A stretch of DNA of 64,000 bases, from assembly GCA_964016885.1 (NCBI GenBank), contig OZ024750.1:26970001-27034000 (forward strand), given 5' to 3'. Below the pieces are notes generated by a model, which saw only the letters and a program-made list of their open reading frames with translations, did not search any database and had not been told where the DNA came from. The position numbers were made by a program, and so were the translations under genes. Of this stretch, positions 27,698 to 41,287 are shown piece by piece; positions within the stretch are counted from its first letter, which is position 1; each line of letters opens with the position of its first letter. The stretch is from Eledone cirrhosa. Lineage: Eukaryota.

Positions 27698-27738
<41 letters not shown>

Positions 27739-27978
27739 GCATGCTACTGTACGTCTGTATACATATATGTATGTACGTATACATACATACTTACATTTAA
27801 GTAAGTGCCATACTAAGAGTGAGAAATGAAATTTCGTTTTCATTTTTTTTTCAACTTATCGTTTTCGGTATGCCTGACCGATTTAACTCACTCAATATGC
27901 AAATTAGGCTGCTCAGCCGTTAATTTTCATAAGGAAAGTATATACTTTCGAACGTTGAACTATCTGGCAGATGGGTAA

Positions 27979-28021
27979 ACGGTGCTGATGATAGCTAACA
28001 AGCTTGAAACTAGTACATCGT
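27979..28021 (+). ncRNA. minimal type I hammerhead ribozyme inside a partial-tandem element (27650-28330)
   Basis: acggug CUGAUGA u agcu aaca agcu u GAAAC UA GUA/caucgu; direct repeats 27650-27860 and 28135-28330 flank it. Confidence 0.75.
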
Positions 28022-28325
28022 TCCTGTGTCAGTGTTGAACAAAAAGGTGACGTGGTTGCCTTAACACCGTATGGCATAAATTCAGGCTATTCGGTTTGTT
28101 GACAAAGAAACGAACAAAGCGGCGTTATAATAAACGTCGGCTAAACTGATGCGTGCATATATGTATGTGTACCTGTATGCATATATGTATATATATATAT
28201 GTATATATATGCATGCTACTGTACGTCTGTATACATATATGTATGTACGTATACATACATACTTACATTTAAGTAAGTGCCATACTAAGAGTGAGAAATG
28301 AAATTTCGTTTTCATTTTTTTTCAA

Positions 28326-28379
<54 letters not shown>

Positions 28380-28385
28380 TATATT

Positions 28386-28498
<113 letters not shown>

Positions 28499-28515
28499 AC
28501 ACACACACATACACC

Positions 28516-30107
28516 ATGTGATTTAATGTTTAGCGTGTTCGGCTTATACACAAGATGTTGAGAGTTCGATTCCCTGACTGTGTGGTGTGTTGTGTCTCTA
28601 AGTAAGAAACTCTGCTCTGGTTCACTTGGCTGAAATAAAATGAGTTGTGACATCACTGGTACAAAGCTGTATCGGCCTTTGTCTTTTCCTTGGACAATAT
28701 TGGTGGCGTGGAGACAGGAGATTCGTATGTATGCGTTTCTGTTGGTCCTTCACAAAAACACTTTGCCAAGGCTTGTTTGTCGGAAGGGAATTTTCTTGGC
28801 GCAAATTCTTTTGTGTCGAACGTAAAAACGACTACGATGGTAATGATATTAGGAATACAATAGCACATCTAATTAATTTCTATATTAGTTCTTAAACATC
28901 TTCTTCACCCAGTTATTCCTGGGAGGGTCATGGGGTCAGAGTCCTCAAATATTCGCTCCAGCGAGCCCTGTCAGAAGCAACCGTCTCCAACTGATCCGGC
29001 GTGACCCGCCAAGCTCATGGATGTTATCCAACCATCTTGCTCGTGGTCTACCCCCGGATCTCCTACCTGTTGATTTCGCCTGTAAAACCCGTCCAGTGAT
29101 TCTTTCCTGAGACTTTCTAACCACATGCCAAAGGTATCGGAGATGTGATCTCTCAATTCAGAGAAGTAGCGGCTCTACCTGGAGTGACCCTCGGATAACC
29201 GAGCTCGTTCTTAAACATGCTATATTATATACTTATCTATCTAATTTTGAGGTGGAAATCCTGTACACTTGTTAGGAGGTTTCTTAATTATAATTCCATG
29301 AATAAACTAAATATCGTATTTGATAGTTTTTCTGCATCAAGGCAACATAACCTTTATTTACAACAAATGATTTGAAACATAGAAACTATGATATAAATCT
29401 CACGCTTGCGCTTCAGAGTGTAAACCATCATAGATTTCTTAACAAGCAAAAACCTTCAATAGCAACAATCGATCTTATTCCTTTAAAATACGACTGCAAA
29501 GATAAGCCAACACGTGTAAATATATATATTTATTCAATCGGCAGACGATTAGTTTATTGGGTTAGACCTTGTGTTTATTCCATCTTAAACACAGAATTTA
29601 TCGTACATTAGTGTACACGTACTTATCTTAACGTGTATATGTATGTAAAAAGTCAAAGATTAAAAATAACTCCCCTCATAATTGTAACAAATACTTTCTA
29701 TCGTCTTCTCTAGGCTGGAGGGAATAGGCGAAGATCTAATATAGGAGCCAACTGTATAACATATATCAATGCCTCGTTATAAATCTTACTGAACAAAAAT
29801 GTAGCCTTAGTCTTTTTTTCTATCTTGATTATATTACTCAATTCAAACGAATGCATATCTTGAAAAATTGTTTTTTCAAAATTTCTTGCTGTATTCATTA
29901 TTATCTTATTATTATTATTATTATTGGCAGTATCGGTAGAGAGTCGGGATTTGATCTTAGATCATAAAGGGCCGTAACTCTATGCTTAAAAGCATGGCGC
30001 CCGACTGTCTACCGATACTGCCAATCCACCACCCTAAGGACGAAACGCGCGTCACCAACCACTAAACGTAATGAAGGAGTAACCATTTGTCCTTGTGTTA
30101 GTATATA
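28516..30107 (+). repeat. inverted duplication left arm, blocks E+F (partners 40490-40790 and 36737-38045)
   Basis: Reverse-complement alignment; ORFs 29372/37245, 29710/36961, 28971/37706 and 28640/40390 are mirrored. Confidence 0.95.
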
Positions 30108-30516
30108 CATGGTGGCTGCCAACTCGTTTTCGAGTACGGCCACTACTTTATATCCATGTAGGAGAACCCCTCCCGATGCGCTGAACGAGTGTGACTTTTT
30201 AGTCCAGCCAGCGTATTGAAAACTCTGGTACAAACACTACACTTGTGACAATTATTGACACATAGTGCTGGGCCCATGGTACCATGTGACGACAAGTGCA
30301 GAGAGGTCTCCAGATATAAAGCAATGCCTGTGCTGTGAAGCTTTTATAGTGAGCAAAGGCACTGCACAAAGCCAGTCCCACTCTCTTAACCAAGATGATA
30401 TTTACCAAAAAGAAGAACAAGTCAACATCATTGGATACCATCAGAGTTGCAGGTGTTATATCAGAGTTTTCCTTCTCCTAGAATTCTGCCTTGACAAAGG
30501 CTAAGGGGTCATCTCA

Positions 30517-30551
<35 letters not shown>

Positions 30552-30594
30552 TATATTCAGTCATATACATATACATAAAATGTGCCGATTATTA

Positions 30595-30982
30595 ATAGTT
30601 TGGCAGCATCGGTAGAGTGTCGGACACTATGGTTTGTATCATAGAGTTATGGCCCTTTGTATTCTGAGGTCAAATCCCGCCAAGATTAGCTTTGCCTTTC
30701 ATCATTACGGAGTCGATAAAATAAAGTACCAGTAATGCACTGGGGTAATTGCTGGCCTTGTGCTAAACGAAGAAACGATTATTAATAGTGATGGTTTGGC
30801 AGTATCGGTAGGGGGTCGGACACCATGCTTTGCAGCATAGAGTTATGTCCCTTTATGTTCTTAGTTGAAATCCCGCCGATGTTAGCTCTGTCTTTCATCC
30901 TTACAGGGTCGATAAAATAAAGCACCAGTAATACAATGGGGTAATTGCTGGCCTTGTGTCAAATGTAGAAACAATTATTAAT
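30595..30982 (+). mobile_element. two tandem tRNA-SINE copies
   Basis: Family core present twice. Confidence 0.85.
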
Positions 30983-31122
30983 AGCCAGAACTTCTATTGT
31001 AATAGGTACAACAATTACTGGTATTTCCTAACATCCAACATTCTATGCATTCGTTATCAATGTACTCACTTATCTTAAGAGACGAGATTTCTTTCTTTAA
31101 TTATGTATATGTCATCTCTCTC

Positions 31123-31180
<58 letters not shown>

Positions 31181-31220
31181 CTTATATATATAGATAGCTA
31201 TATATAAGAGCTCTTATATA

Positions 31221-31285
<65 letters not shown>

Positions 31286-31328
31286 GCCCTTATATATATA
31301 GATAGCTATATATAAGAGCTCTTATATA

Positions 31329-31380
<52 letters not shown>

Positions 31381-31416
31381 CTTATATAATATATATAGAT
31401 AGCTATATATAAGTGC

Positions 31417-31510
<94 letters not shown>

Positions 31511-31688
31511 GTGTGTGTCTGTGTGTACAATAATAAATACATATATTAAGTGGCATGGCAAATATTCTTGTTCTATATGATGGTATCTAGGCCATTAGCT
31601 TTAATTGTTCTAAATGTATTGACATCTGTATCCCAAATGATGTCATGTTCCCATATGTGTTACAACATTAAGGGGCTTGTAGCTGCGT

Positions 31689-31804
<116 letters not shown>

Positions 31805-32099
31805 CTAGTAAACACAGTAAACAACTTAGACGTCACGTCTGTAGTTCCCTTCTGCTAGTATAGGGAATTCACCAACACAGTATGATATTATTTCGTCTAA
31901 TTAGGGGGTTGTGGGTTGACACACTCCTTAGAGAGGGAGTTGGTCAAATACCTTGCGGTATTTTGTTACTGCTATCTACATTCTAGTTTAAAATCCCATA
32001 GAAGTCCACTTCACCCCACCCCGGGGTCAATACAAATAGTAACAGTAATGTACTGGTGTAGGTATAATCGATTTTCACCCCCAATCATCCCTAATCGTT

Positions 32100-32540
32100 C
32101 GTCTTCTTCTTCTTTTTCTTTTTCTTTTTCTTTTTCTTTTTCTTTTTCTTCTTCTTCTTCTTCTTCTTCTTCTTCTTCTTCTTCTTCTTCTTCTTCTTTT
32201 TCTTCTTCTTCTTCTTCTTCTTCTTCTTCTTCTTCTTCTTCTTCTTCTTCTTCTTCTTCTTCTTGCTCTTGCTCAACGAGGACAGGGTCATCCTAAGCAA
32301 ACGATCCCAAAGCCTGGTCGTGTGCGGAGCTGACCGGGCCCACCAGCGCCCTCCATAGCTGGCGGTCCCGCACCAGCTCCTCTGCATCCTCCAAGGTAAT
32401 GTCGAGCTTCCGGAGATCTTCCCTGATGATATCCAGCCATCTGGTGTGGGGCCTACCGCGGGGCCTGTGCCTGGGCCTGCCGTGTGGCCCACCGCGGGGC
32501 CTCTTCCAGCCAATAACCCGCCCAAAAGAACCACCAGCCC
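32100..32540 (-). mobile_element. RTE-clade LINE 3' end with (AAG)n tail
   Basis: Minus strand RPRGRPHTRWLDIIREDLRKLDITLEDAEELVRDRQLWRALV followed by (aag)n. Confidence 0.75.
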
Positions 32541-32711
32541 GTTACGAAACCGACTAATTCTGGGTTTTGTACTTAAAATTTAAACCATTATTTCGCCTAA
32601 TTACCCAGAAAAAGCCGTAATTTGTGTTAATTGTTGTATGTTTAGTTTGTTGGTGGTGAGGGGGGGGGGGTTCAATATCTAAATTTTAGTTTAGTGTGGC
32701 ACAAGTGGAGG

Positions 32712-32819
<108 letters not shown>

Positions 32820-32904
32820 GGGGAATGGAATACACATAAGTGAACCCCAGAATAACCTAGTAGGGATGGAAATGGAACTTTGGATCCAGATGACACACAA
32901 TTCC

Positions 32905-33168
32905 ATCATCAGCAGCAACAATAGCAATAGCAACAGCAGCAGCAACAACAGCAACAACATCAGTGACAACAATAACAACATCAGCAGTAACAACAACAGC
33001 AACAGCAACAACATCAACAACAGCAACAACAACATCAACAACAGCAACAAAAACAACAACAACAGCAACAACAACAACAGCAACAACAACAACAGCAACA
33101 ACAACAACAGCAACAACAGCAACAACAGCAACAACAACAACATACACAACAGCAACAACAACAATAGC

Positions 33169-33202
<34 letters not shown>

Positions 33203-33203
33203 G

Positions 33204-33235
<32 letters not shown>

Positions 33236-33255
33236 GTAGCAACAGCGACAACATT
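32905..33255. repeat. (CAA/CAG)n trinucleotide repeat
   Basis: Direct reading. Confidence 0.95.
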
Positions 33256-33497
33256 GTATGAAATATTGGTTGTGTAAAACGGCAGTTGATGGGAAGAAAA
33301 AAACATCAGTTGGTTTATATAAAAGATGAAATACGGCGAGATATATATATAGAGAGAGTGAGTGAATGTGTTAGAGGGTGAGAGAGAGAAAGAGAGAAGG
33401 AGATAGTGAAAGAGATAGAAGATGAGATAGAGAGTGAAAGAGAAAGGGAGAGAGTGAAAGTCTAGAGGGTGAGGGAGAGAGATTGTGTGTAGGTGAA

Positions 33498-35110
33498 AAT
33501 AATTGTTTCTACTTTAGGCACAAGGCCACCAATTACCCAGTGCATTACTGGTACTTTATTTTATCGACCCCGTAAGGATGAAAGGCAAAGTCAACCTCGG
33601 CGGGATTTGAACTCAGATCGTAAAGGGACGTAACTATGCTGGAAAACATGGCGTCCGACCCTCTACCGATACTGCCAATAATGGTGAAAGAAAGAGAGGG
33701 AGAGAATGAATTAAGGAAAAATAAAGAATGAACGAGTAAATGAGAAAGACAAACATTTTACGATGTTGTTTATAATGAAATAGCAAAATTGCTGGCTTTG
33801 CGCCTAAATTAGAAATCGGGATTGGCAGTATCGGTAGAGCGCCAGTCACCATGCTTTGTAGCATAGAGTTATGCCTCCTTACAGTCTGAGTTTAAATCCC
33901 GTCGAGGTTAACTTTGCCTTTCATCCTTACGGGGTCAATAAAATAAAGAACCAGTAATACACTGGTATAATTGCTGGCCTTGTGCCAAAAGTAGAAACAA
34001 CTATTTACAATTTTCATATTAAATAAAAGATTTTTGTCAATAATAATTATAACGTTTCTGGTTATAATTATTATTTTCTTAATTATTTTTAAATAAATGG
34101 TATTTTATAATTATTTTTAAATAAATTGTATTTTATAATTATTTTAAAATAAATGGTATTTTACAATTATTTTAAAATAAATGGTATTTTATAATTATTT
34201 AAAAATAAATGGTATTTTATAATTATTTTAAAATAAATGGTATGTTATAATTATTTTTAAATGAATGGTATTTTATAATTATTTTTAAATAAATGGTATT
34301 TTTATAATTATTTTTAAATGAATGGTATTTTATAATTATTTTTAAATAAATGGTATTTTATAATTATTTTTAAATAAATGGTATTTTATAATTTACAAAC
34401 GAAAATATCAATAAAAATGTTGAAAAAAAAGTAAGGTACTCAAGATTTTGGAATTTATTTTCAGAAGGTAAATGGCCATAACTCTATCCCAGAAATCATG
34501 TTATCTGACGCTCTACCGATTACTGCCAATCTACCACCCTTTAATTATAAAAAATGGTTTCTTATATAGGCACAAGGTCAACAATTTTTGGGGGAGGGGA
34601 AAGTCGATAAAATCGACCCCAGTGCGTGACTGGTACTTTATTTTATCGACCCCGTAAGGATGAAAGGCAAAGTTAACCTCGGCGGGTTTGAACTCAATCC
34701 GTATAGATAATAATTGTTTCTACTTTAGGCACAAGGCCAGCAATTACCCAGTGCATTACTGGTACTTTATTTTATCGACCGCGTAAGGATGAAAGGCAAA
34801 GTCAACCTCGGCGGGATTTGAACTCAGATCGTAAAGGGACGTAACTATGCTGGAAAACATGGCATCCGACCTTCTACCGATACTGCCAATCCACGATAAT
34901 AATGATTGCTGATTTAAGCACAAGACAAACAATTTGAGCAAAAGGGAAAGTTGATTAAATCGACCCCAGTGCGTTACTGGTACTTTATTTTATCGATCCT
35001 GTAAGGATGAAAAGCAAAGCAAATCTCGGCAGGATTTGAACTCAGAACGTAAAGGACCGTAACTCTATGTCGCGGAGCAGGGTGTTGGACGCTCTACCAT
35101 TTACTGCCAA
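33498..35110. mobile_element. cluster of about five tRNA-SINE copies
   Basis: Cores at about 33550 (-), 33920 (+), 34630, 34760 and 34980 (-). Confidence 0.85.
34078..34393. repeat. 28-bp AT-rich minisatellite, about 11 copies
   Basis: Unit aattatttttaaataaatggtattttat. Confidence 0.9.
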
Positions 35111-35688
35111 TGCAGAGCCCTTATTTTCAGGGAAAATAATAAAATTCTAAATACGAAAACATCTCAAAAGTTAATGCAATCTCTTCAAGTGAAATAGGAA
35201 TTATAACTAGTTCTTGGTTTTCTTGTGTTATAGCAGTTGTTGTTTTATTTGTTTACCGTCTATTTATTTTAGTTAACTAATTATCCTCATGCAATTACGA
35301 TGTTATTGCTTTCACGCCTGCAATTTGTAAGTGTAGCCGTATATCATGTCATGGAAATAATTGAATTGGTGTTCCCATCAACCCACCCCATTTCTCCTCT
35401 TTCCTTTCAGTCGTATACATGTATTTTTGATATTTGTGTAATATACACTAACATCATTTGGATTCATGAAATTCCGCTCGTGCACCAGTTGTTGAGTAAA
35501 CAAACAAGTCAGAGAAAAATATATCATAAGACATACTCGTACCTAAACAACACGGTTTTCTATCAAGCTATTTATTCCACCTACTATTCATAATAGGATG
35601 TTTCCGGGCTTGGTATTTTTTTATTTTATTTTTTCATTCCAATCTTTGCTTCACTATGGTTCCGCCATATTTTCATGTAGTTAAACAA

Positions 35689-35811
<123 letters not shown>

Positions 35812-35830
35812 CATATATACATATATATAC

Positions 35831-35893
<63 letters not shown>

Positions 35894-36014
35894 CAGTAGA
35901 AGTTGTTTTGGTAAAACCAGAAGTAGGAGAAAGCTCTCTACATTCATCACGTGTGCAGTTACGATGGAGATTCAGTCTAAGAAAAAAACGATTTATGTAA
36001 CATCACCATTTTTC

Positions 36015-36099
<85 letters not shown>

Positions 36100-36103
<4 letters not shown>

Positions 36104-36494
36104 GCTCCGCCATCTTTAGGTTTTATTTTTTTTTTCCCCACTTTTTTCAATTTTATTACACCAAGAAGTGTGGGTATAATTTGTAACGATGAAAGAATGG
36201 TATTTAACTAACGTATTGGTACGCGATGGGGCCCACCCACAGCCCTGGCGGACAGAATGGAGAAGGCGTTTCCTCGGATGACGGCAAGGGAGACGCGCTG
36301 GAAAAGCCACTCCAACTCGCGGGGCTCACACCTGCGGCTGGCCAGCTCAGCGCCTATGGTGGTGAGTAAGGAGGTAGCCCTTGGGCCGAGGACACCAGAA
36401 GTTTCCACTGCCAGAGGAACGACCGCAAACCTGTCAGAGAGCGACCGGTATTTGAGGAGTTTGGCCCCCTCAGCCCGACGTGCAGCAGAACCTG
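36100..36494 (-). mobile_element. CRE-clade non-LTR retrotransposon 3' fragment (RLE domain) in (TA)n
   Basis: AARRAEGAKLLKYRSL...VPLAVETSGVLG...WLFQRVSLAVIRGNA, the typical CRE C-terminus. Confidence 0.75.
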
Positions 36495-36529
36495 ATATAT
36501 ATATATATATATAATAAACCGAAACTAGC

Positions 36530-36633
36530 GATTTCCCGAGGTTGACTGTGGTTTTCTGTTAGAGGGTTGATCCAGCTTACAATGCCAAAGTCTGGCGCTC
36601 GTCCTTCCAGGATTTTCCATATGTATATGACTG
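36530..36633 (-). mobile_element. CR1-like LINE C-terminal fragment
   Basis: IYIWKILEGRAP motif. Confidence 0.4.
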
Positions 36634-36646
36634 CACACACACACAA

Positions 36647-36728
<82 letters not shown>

Positions 36729-38984
36729 GTATATATATATACTAACACAAGGACAAATGGTTACTCCTTCATTACGTTTATTGGTTGGTGACGCGCGTTT
36801 CGTCCTTGTTATTATTATATTACACTCTTAGGGCGGTGGATTGGCAGTATCAGTAGAGAGTCGGACGCCATACTTTGCAGCATAGAGTTACGGCCCTTTA
36901 TGATCTAAGATCAAATCCCGACTCTCTACCGATACTGCCAATAATAATAATAAGATAATAATGAATACAGCAAGTAATTTTGAAAAAACAATTTTTCAAG
37001 ATATGCATTCGTTTGAATTGAGTAATATAATCAAGATAGAAAAGACTAAGGCTACATTTTTGTTCAGTAAGATTTATAACGAGGCATTGATATATGTTAT
37101 ACAGTTGGCTCCTATATTAGATCTTCGCCTATTCCCTCCAGCCTAGAGAAGACGATAGAAAGTATTTGTTACAATTATGAGGGGAGTTATTTTTAATCTT
37201 TGACTTTTTACATACATATACACGTTAAGATAAGTACGTGTACACTAATGTACGATAAATTCTGTGTTTAAGATGGAATAAACACAAGGTCTAACCCAAT
37301 AAACTAATCGTCTGCCGATTGAATAAATATATATATTTACACGTGTTGGCTTATCTTTGCAGTCGTATTTTAAAGGAATAATAAGATCGATTGTTGCTAT
37401 TGAAGGTTTTTGCTTGTTAAGAAATCTATGATGGTTTACACTCTGAAGCTCAAGCGTGAGATTTATATCATAGTTTCTATGTTTCAAATCATTTGTTGTA
37501 AATAAAGGTTATGTTGCCTTGATGCAGAAAAACTATCAAATACGATATTTAGTTTATTACGAATGGAATTATAATTAAGAAACCTCCTAACAAGTGTACA
37601 GGATTTCCACCTCAAAATTAGATAGATAAGTATATAATATAGCATGTTTAAGAACGAGCTCGGTTATCCGAGGGTCACTCCAGGTAGAGCCGCTACTTCT
37701 CTGAATTGAGAGATCACAGCTCCGATACCCTTGGCATGTGGTTAGAAAGTCTCAGGAAAGAATCACTGGACGGGTTTTACGGGCGAAATCAACAGGTAGG
37801 AGATCCGGAGGGTAGACCACGAGCAAGATGGTTGGATAACATCCATGAGCTTGGCGGGTCACGCCGGATCAGTTGGAGACGGTTGCTTCTGTCAGGGATC
37901 GCTGGAGGGAACGTTTGAGTACTCTGACCCCACGACCCTCCCAGGAATAAGTGAGCGAAGAAGATGTTTAAGAACTAATATAGAAGCAGTAATTAAATGT
38001 GCTAATGTATTCCTAATAACATCATCATCATCATCGTCGTCATGTTTTTACATTCGTGTTTCCATGCTTGCATGGGTTGGACGGATCCTTTTCAGGACAC
38101 CATCTCTCCAATCGTCGCGTTCCTTCTTCATCTCCTCTGTGAGTCTCAGCGATCTGACATCAGCTCTCACCACATCTGCTCAAGTCCTCCATGGTCTACC
38201 TCAACTGGAGCTTCCTTCCACTTCTTCACCTGGTGACCATCATCCATACGCATCACATACCAACCACTAACCAATATAGAAACAGTAATTAGAAATAGTA
38301 TTATATTACTAATATAGAAACACTAATTAGAAATATTATATATAAATCGTTAATATATTTCACACAATGAAATATATTAACGATTTCTTTGTTTCATTCT
38401 ACTTGTTGTTCTCTCGCTTTGTTATTATTCTTACTATGTGTGAAACTGCAAACGTGTGTATATATTTACTAATGGACATCGTGTATACATCTGGGTTTTA
38501 AGTAGATAAAAGCAATGAGGCTACGTTAACCTAGTTTTACATTAGGTCATAGGCACAGCAGGCATTTCTATGCTTATGTTTTGAGGGGTTTCGTGCCATA
38601 AACCCGGGGGCAACACAATTTATACATATTAATTTTTTTAGAAATGTACATGTACGTATATATATGAGCTTGTATATGTATGTATGTGAACTGATTAATG
38701 TATATATATATACATAAGTGTATGTGTCAGCGTGTATGTATATATGTCAAACCTTATTGCCCCCTATCGGCAAAAGTTATATTTATTTATAGAAAATAAT
38801 GTTTATGATTTCTTAGTTTACAAATACTGTAGGTTTGAATTAGTCAACCAATGAACAGAGCCCTACGGTGACCCAATAAAACAATTGACCAATCGTAATT
38901 GTCGTATTATGTGGGTTGACGATCAATATGTTGACGTTTGCAAATGTTTTAATAATTATAAAGGTCGTAATGTATTAGTTGAAA

Positions 38985-39700
38985 GGGGTTGGGAATTGAT
39001 CCATTAATCATAGAACGTAGGTCAACGTCCTCTGTAGTATAGAGTTACGTTTCTTTACGTTATGAGTTCAAATCCCATCGTAGTCAGCTTTGCTTTTTAT
39101 CCTTACGGGATCGATAATATAAAGTACCATTAACACACTGGGGTCAATTTAACAGACTCCCCCTCCCCCAAAATAGTTGCCCTTGTGCTAAAATCAGAAA
39201 CCATTAAAAAGTCTTACGAAACATGGACTGACAAAAATCTTTAGGCATTTTACTTACTTATTTCATTTACTGCAATATAATATAATAATAATTGTTTCTA
39301 CTTTTGGCACAAGGCCAGCAATTACCCAGTGTATTACTGGTATTTTATTTTATCGACTCCGTAAGGATGAAAGGCAAAGTTAACCTCAGCGGGATTTGAT
39401 CTCAGAATGGCAAGGGTCGTAACTCAATGCGTCAAAGCATGGCGTCCGACCCTCTACCGATACTGCCAATCCACAATAATAATGATTTCTAGTATAGGCA
39501 CAAGGCCAGTAATTTGGGGGGAGGGGAAAGTCGATTAAATCGACCCCAGCACGTTACTGGTGCTTTATCTTATCGATCCCGTAAGGATGAAAGGCAAAGT
39601 TAACCTCGGCGGGATTTGAACTCAGACCGTAAAGGACCGTAACTCTATGCTGCAAAGCACGGTGTCTGATTCTCTGCCGACACTGCCAATCCACCGCCCT
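38985..39700. mobile_element. three tRNA-SINE copies
   Basis: Cores at about 39100 (+), 39340 (-) and 39560 (-). Confidence 0.85.
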
Positions 39701-39729
39701 TTTTATTGCAACATAATAAAATCTATGAA

Positions 39730-40262
39730 AGCACATCTTGACTTTACTACACAGGGTATACACACCTCCCCAACACGATTGTGGCATTTATATCTTGACC
39801 CTATATCAGTTATACAAACCACCCCAAACACGACAGTGATATTCACATCTTGACCCTACTACATAGGGTATACACATCTCTCCAAACACGACAGTGATGT
39901 TCCCATCATGACCCTACTTCTGGTATACAAATATGCGAGGGACCTTTATATCTTGACCCTACATAAGTTATACAAACCACCCCAAACACGACAGTGATAT
40001 TCACATCTTGACCCTACTACATAGGGTATACACATCTCTCCAAACACGACAGTGATGTTCCCATCATGACCCTACTTCTGGTATACAAATATGCGAGAGA
40101 CCTTTATATCTTGACCCTACATAAGTTATACAAACCACCCCAAACATGACAGTGACGTTCACTTCTTGACCTACATAGGGTACACAAACCACCCTAAACA
40201 CGATAGTGACGTTCACATCTAATGTTCTTTCTAGACCCTACATATAGTGTATAAACCACCTC
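39730..40262. repeat. tandem repeat of ~50-bp subunits forming a 158-bp higher-order unit
   Basis: ttcacatcttgaccctactacataggg at 39842 and 40000; gaccct recurs in every subunit. Confidence 0.8.
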
Positions 40263-40865
40263 TGACGAAAAAAAAAAAAATTCTCATATGAGAAAACATA
40301 AATACCAAAAACTTGCAAGGTACCTATGGGATGCTCATGTTTGATCATTAATTGGAAAAATTTTATCTTTCCATTCCCAGTGAAATCAATTACGGAATCA
40401 CATCTGATGAATGGATGGAGTAAAATAAAATAAAGACCCCCCCCACCACCACCACCACCTCGGTCATGACTGACAAAGGAATTTGCGCCATGAAAATTCC
40501 CTTCCGACAAACACGCCTTGGCAAGGTGTTTTTGTGAAGGACGAACAGACACTCATACATACGAATCTCCCGTCTCCACGCCACCAATATTGTCCAAGGA
40601 AAAGAAAAAGGCCGATACAGCTTGGTACCAGTGATGTCACAACTCATTTTATTTCAGCCAAGTGAACCAGAGCAGAGTTTCTTACTTAGAGACACAACAC
40701 ACCACACAGTCAGGGAATCGAACTCTCAACATCTTGTGTATAAGCCGAACATGCTAAACATTTTAATGGTGTATGTGTGTGAGTGTGTATATATATATAT
40801 ATATAAATATATATATGTATATACAATATATAAATAAATGGAAACTATATTTATAAATCCATAAT

Positions 40866-40931
40866 TATTTTATTATATATATTTCAAGGGTAACCAAGGC
40901 AATTTATGGTGCGCTTTCATCAGATAAAATA
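40866..40931 (-). ncRNA. type I hammerhead ribozyme (minus member of palindrome 40834-41152)
   Basis: uauuuuau CUGAUGA aagcgcacc...gguuacccuu GAAA uauauaUA/auaaaaua. Confidence 0.7.
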
Positions 40932-41055
40932 CAGATTTGTTTCATAAATAAATATTGACATAACCGGAAAAAAAGACAACCTTAACGGTTGAAGCTTCCT
41001 GGATAAGGTTGTCTTTTTTCCGGGTATGTCAATATTTATTTATAAAACAAATCTG

Positions 41056-41121
41056 TATTTTATCTGATGAAAGCGCACCATAATTTGCCTTGGTTGCCCT
41101 TGAAATATATATAATAAAATA
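41056..41121 (+). ncRNA. type I hammerhead ribozyme (plus member of palindrome 40834-41152)
   Basis: uauuuuau CUGAUGA aagcgcacc...gguugcccuu GAAA uauauaUA/auaaaaua; 8-bp stem I. Confidence 0.7.
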
Positions 41122-41255
41122 ATTATGGTTTTATAAATATAGTTTCGATTTATTAATATATTGAATATTTACTCCACTTAATGATGAGTGCTTTATATCA
41201 GTTATAACAATTTTTAAGCTTGTTGAATCCCAACAAATTAAATATAACCTCTGCA

Positions 41256-41287
<32 letters not shown>

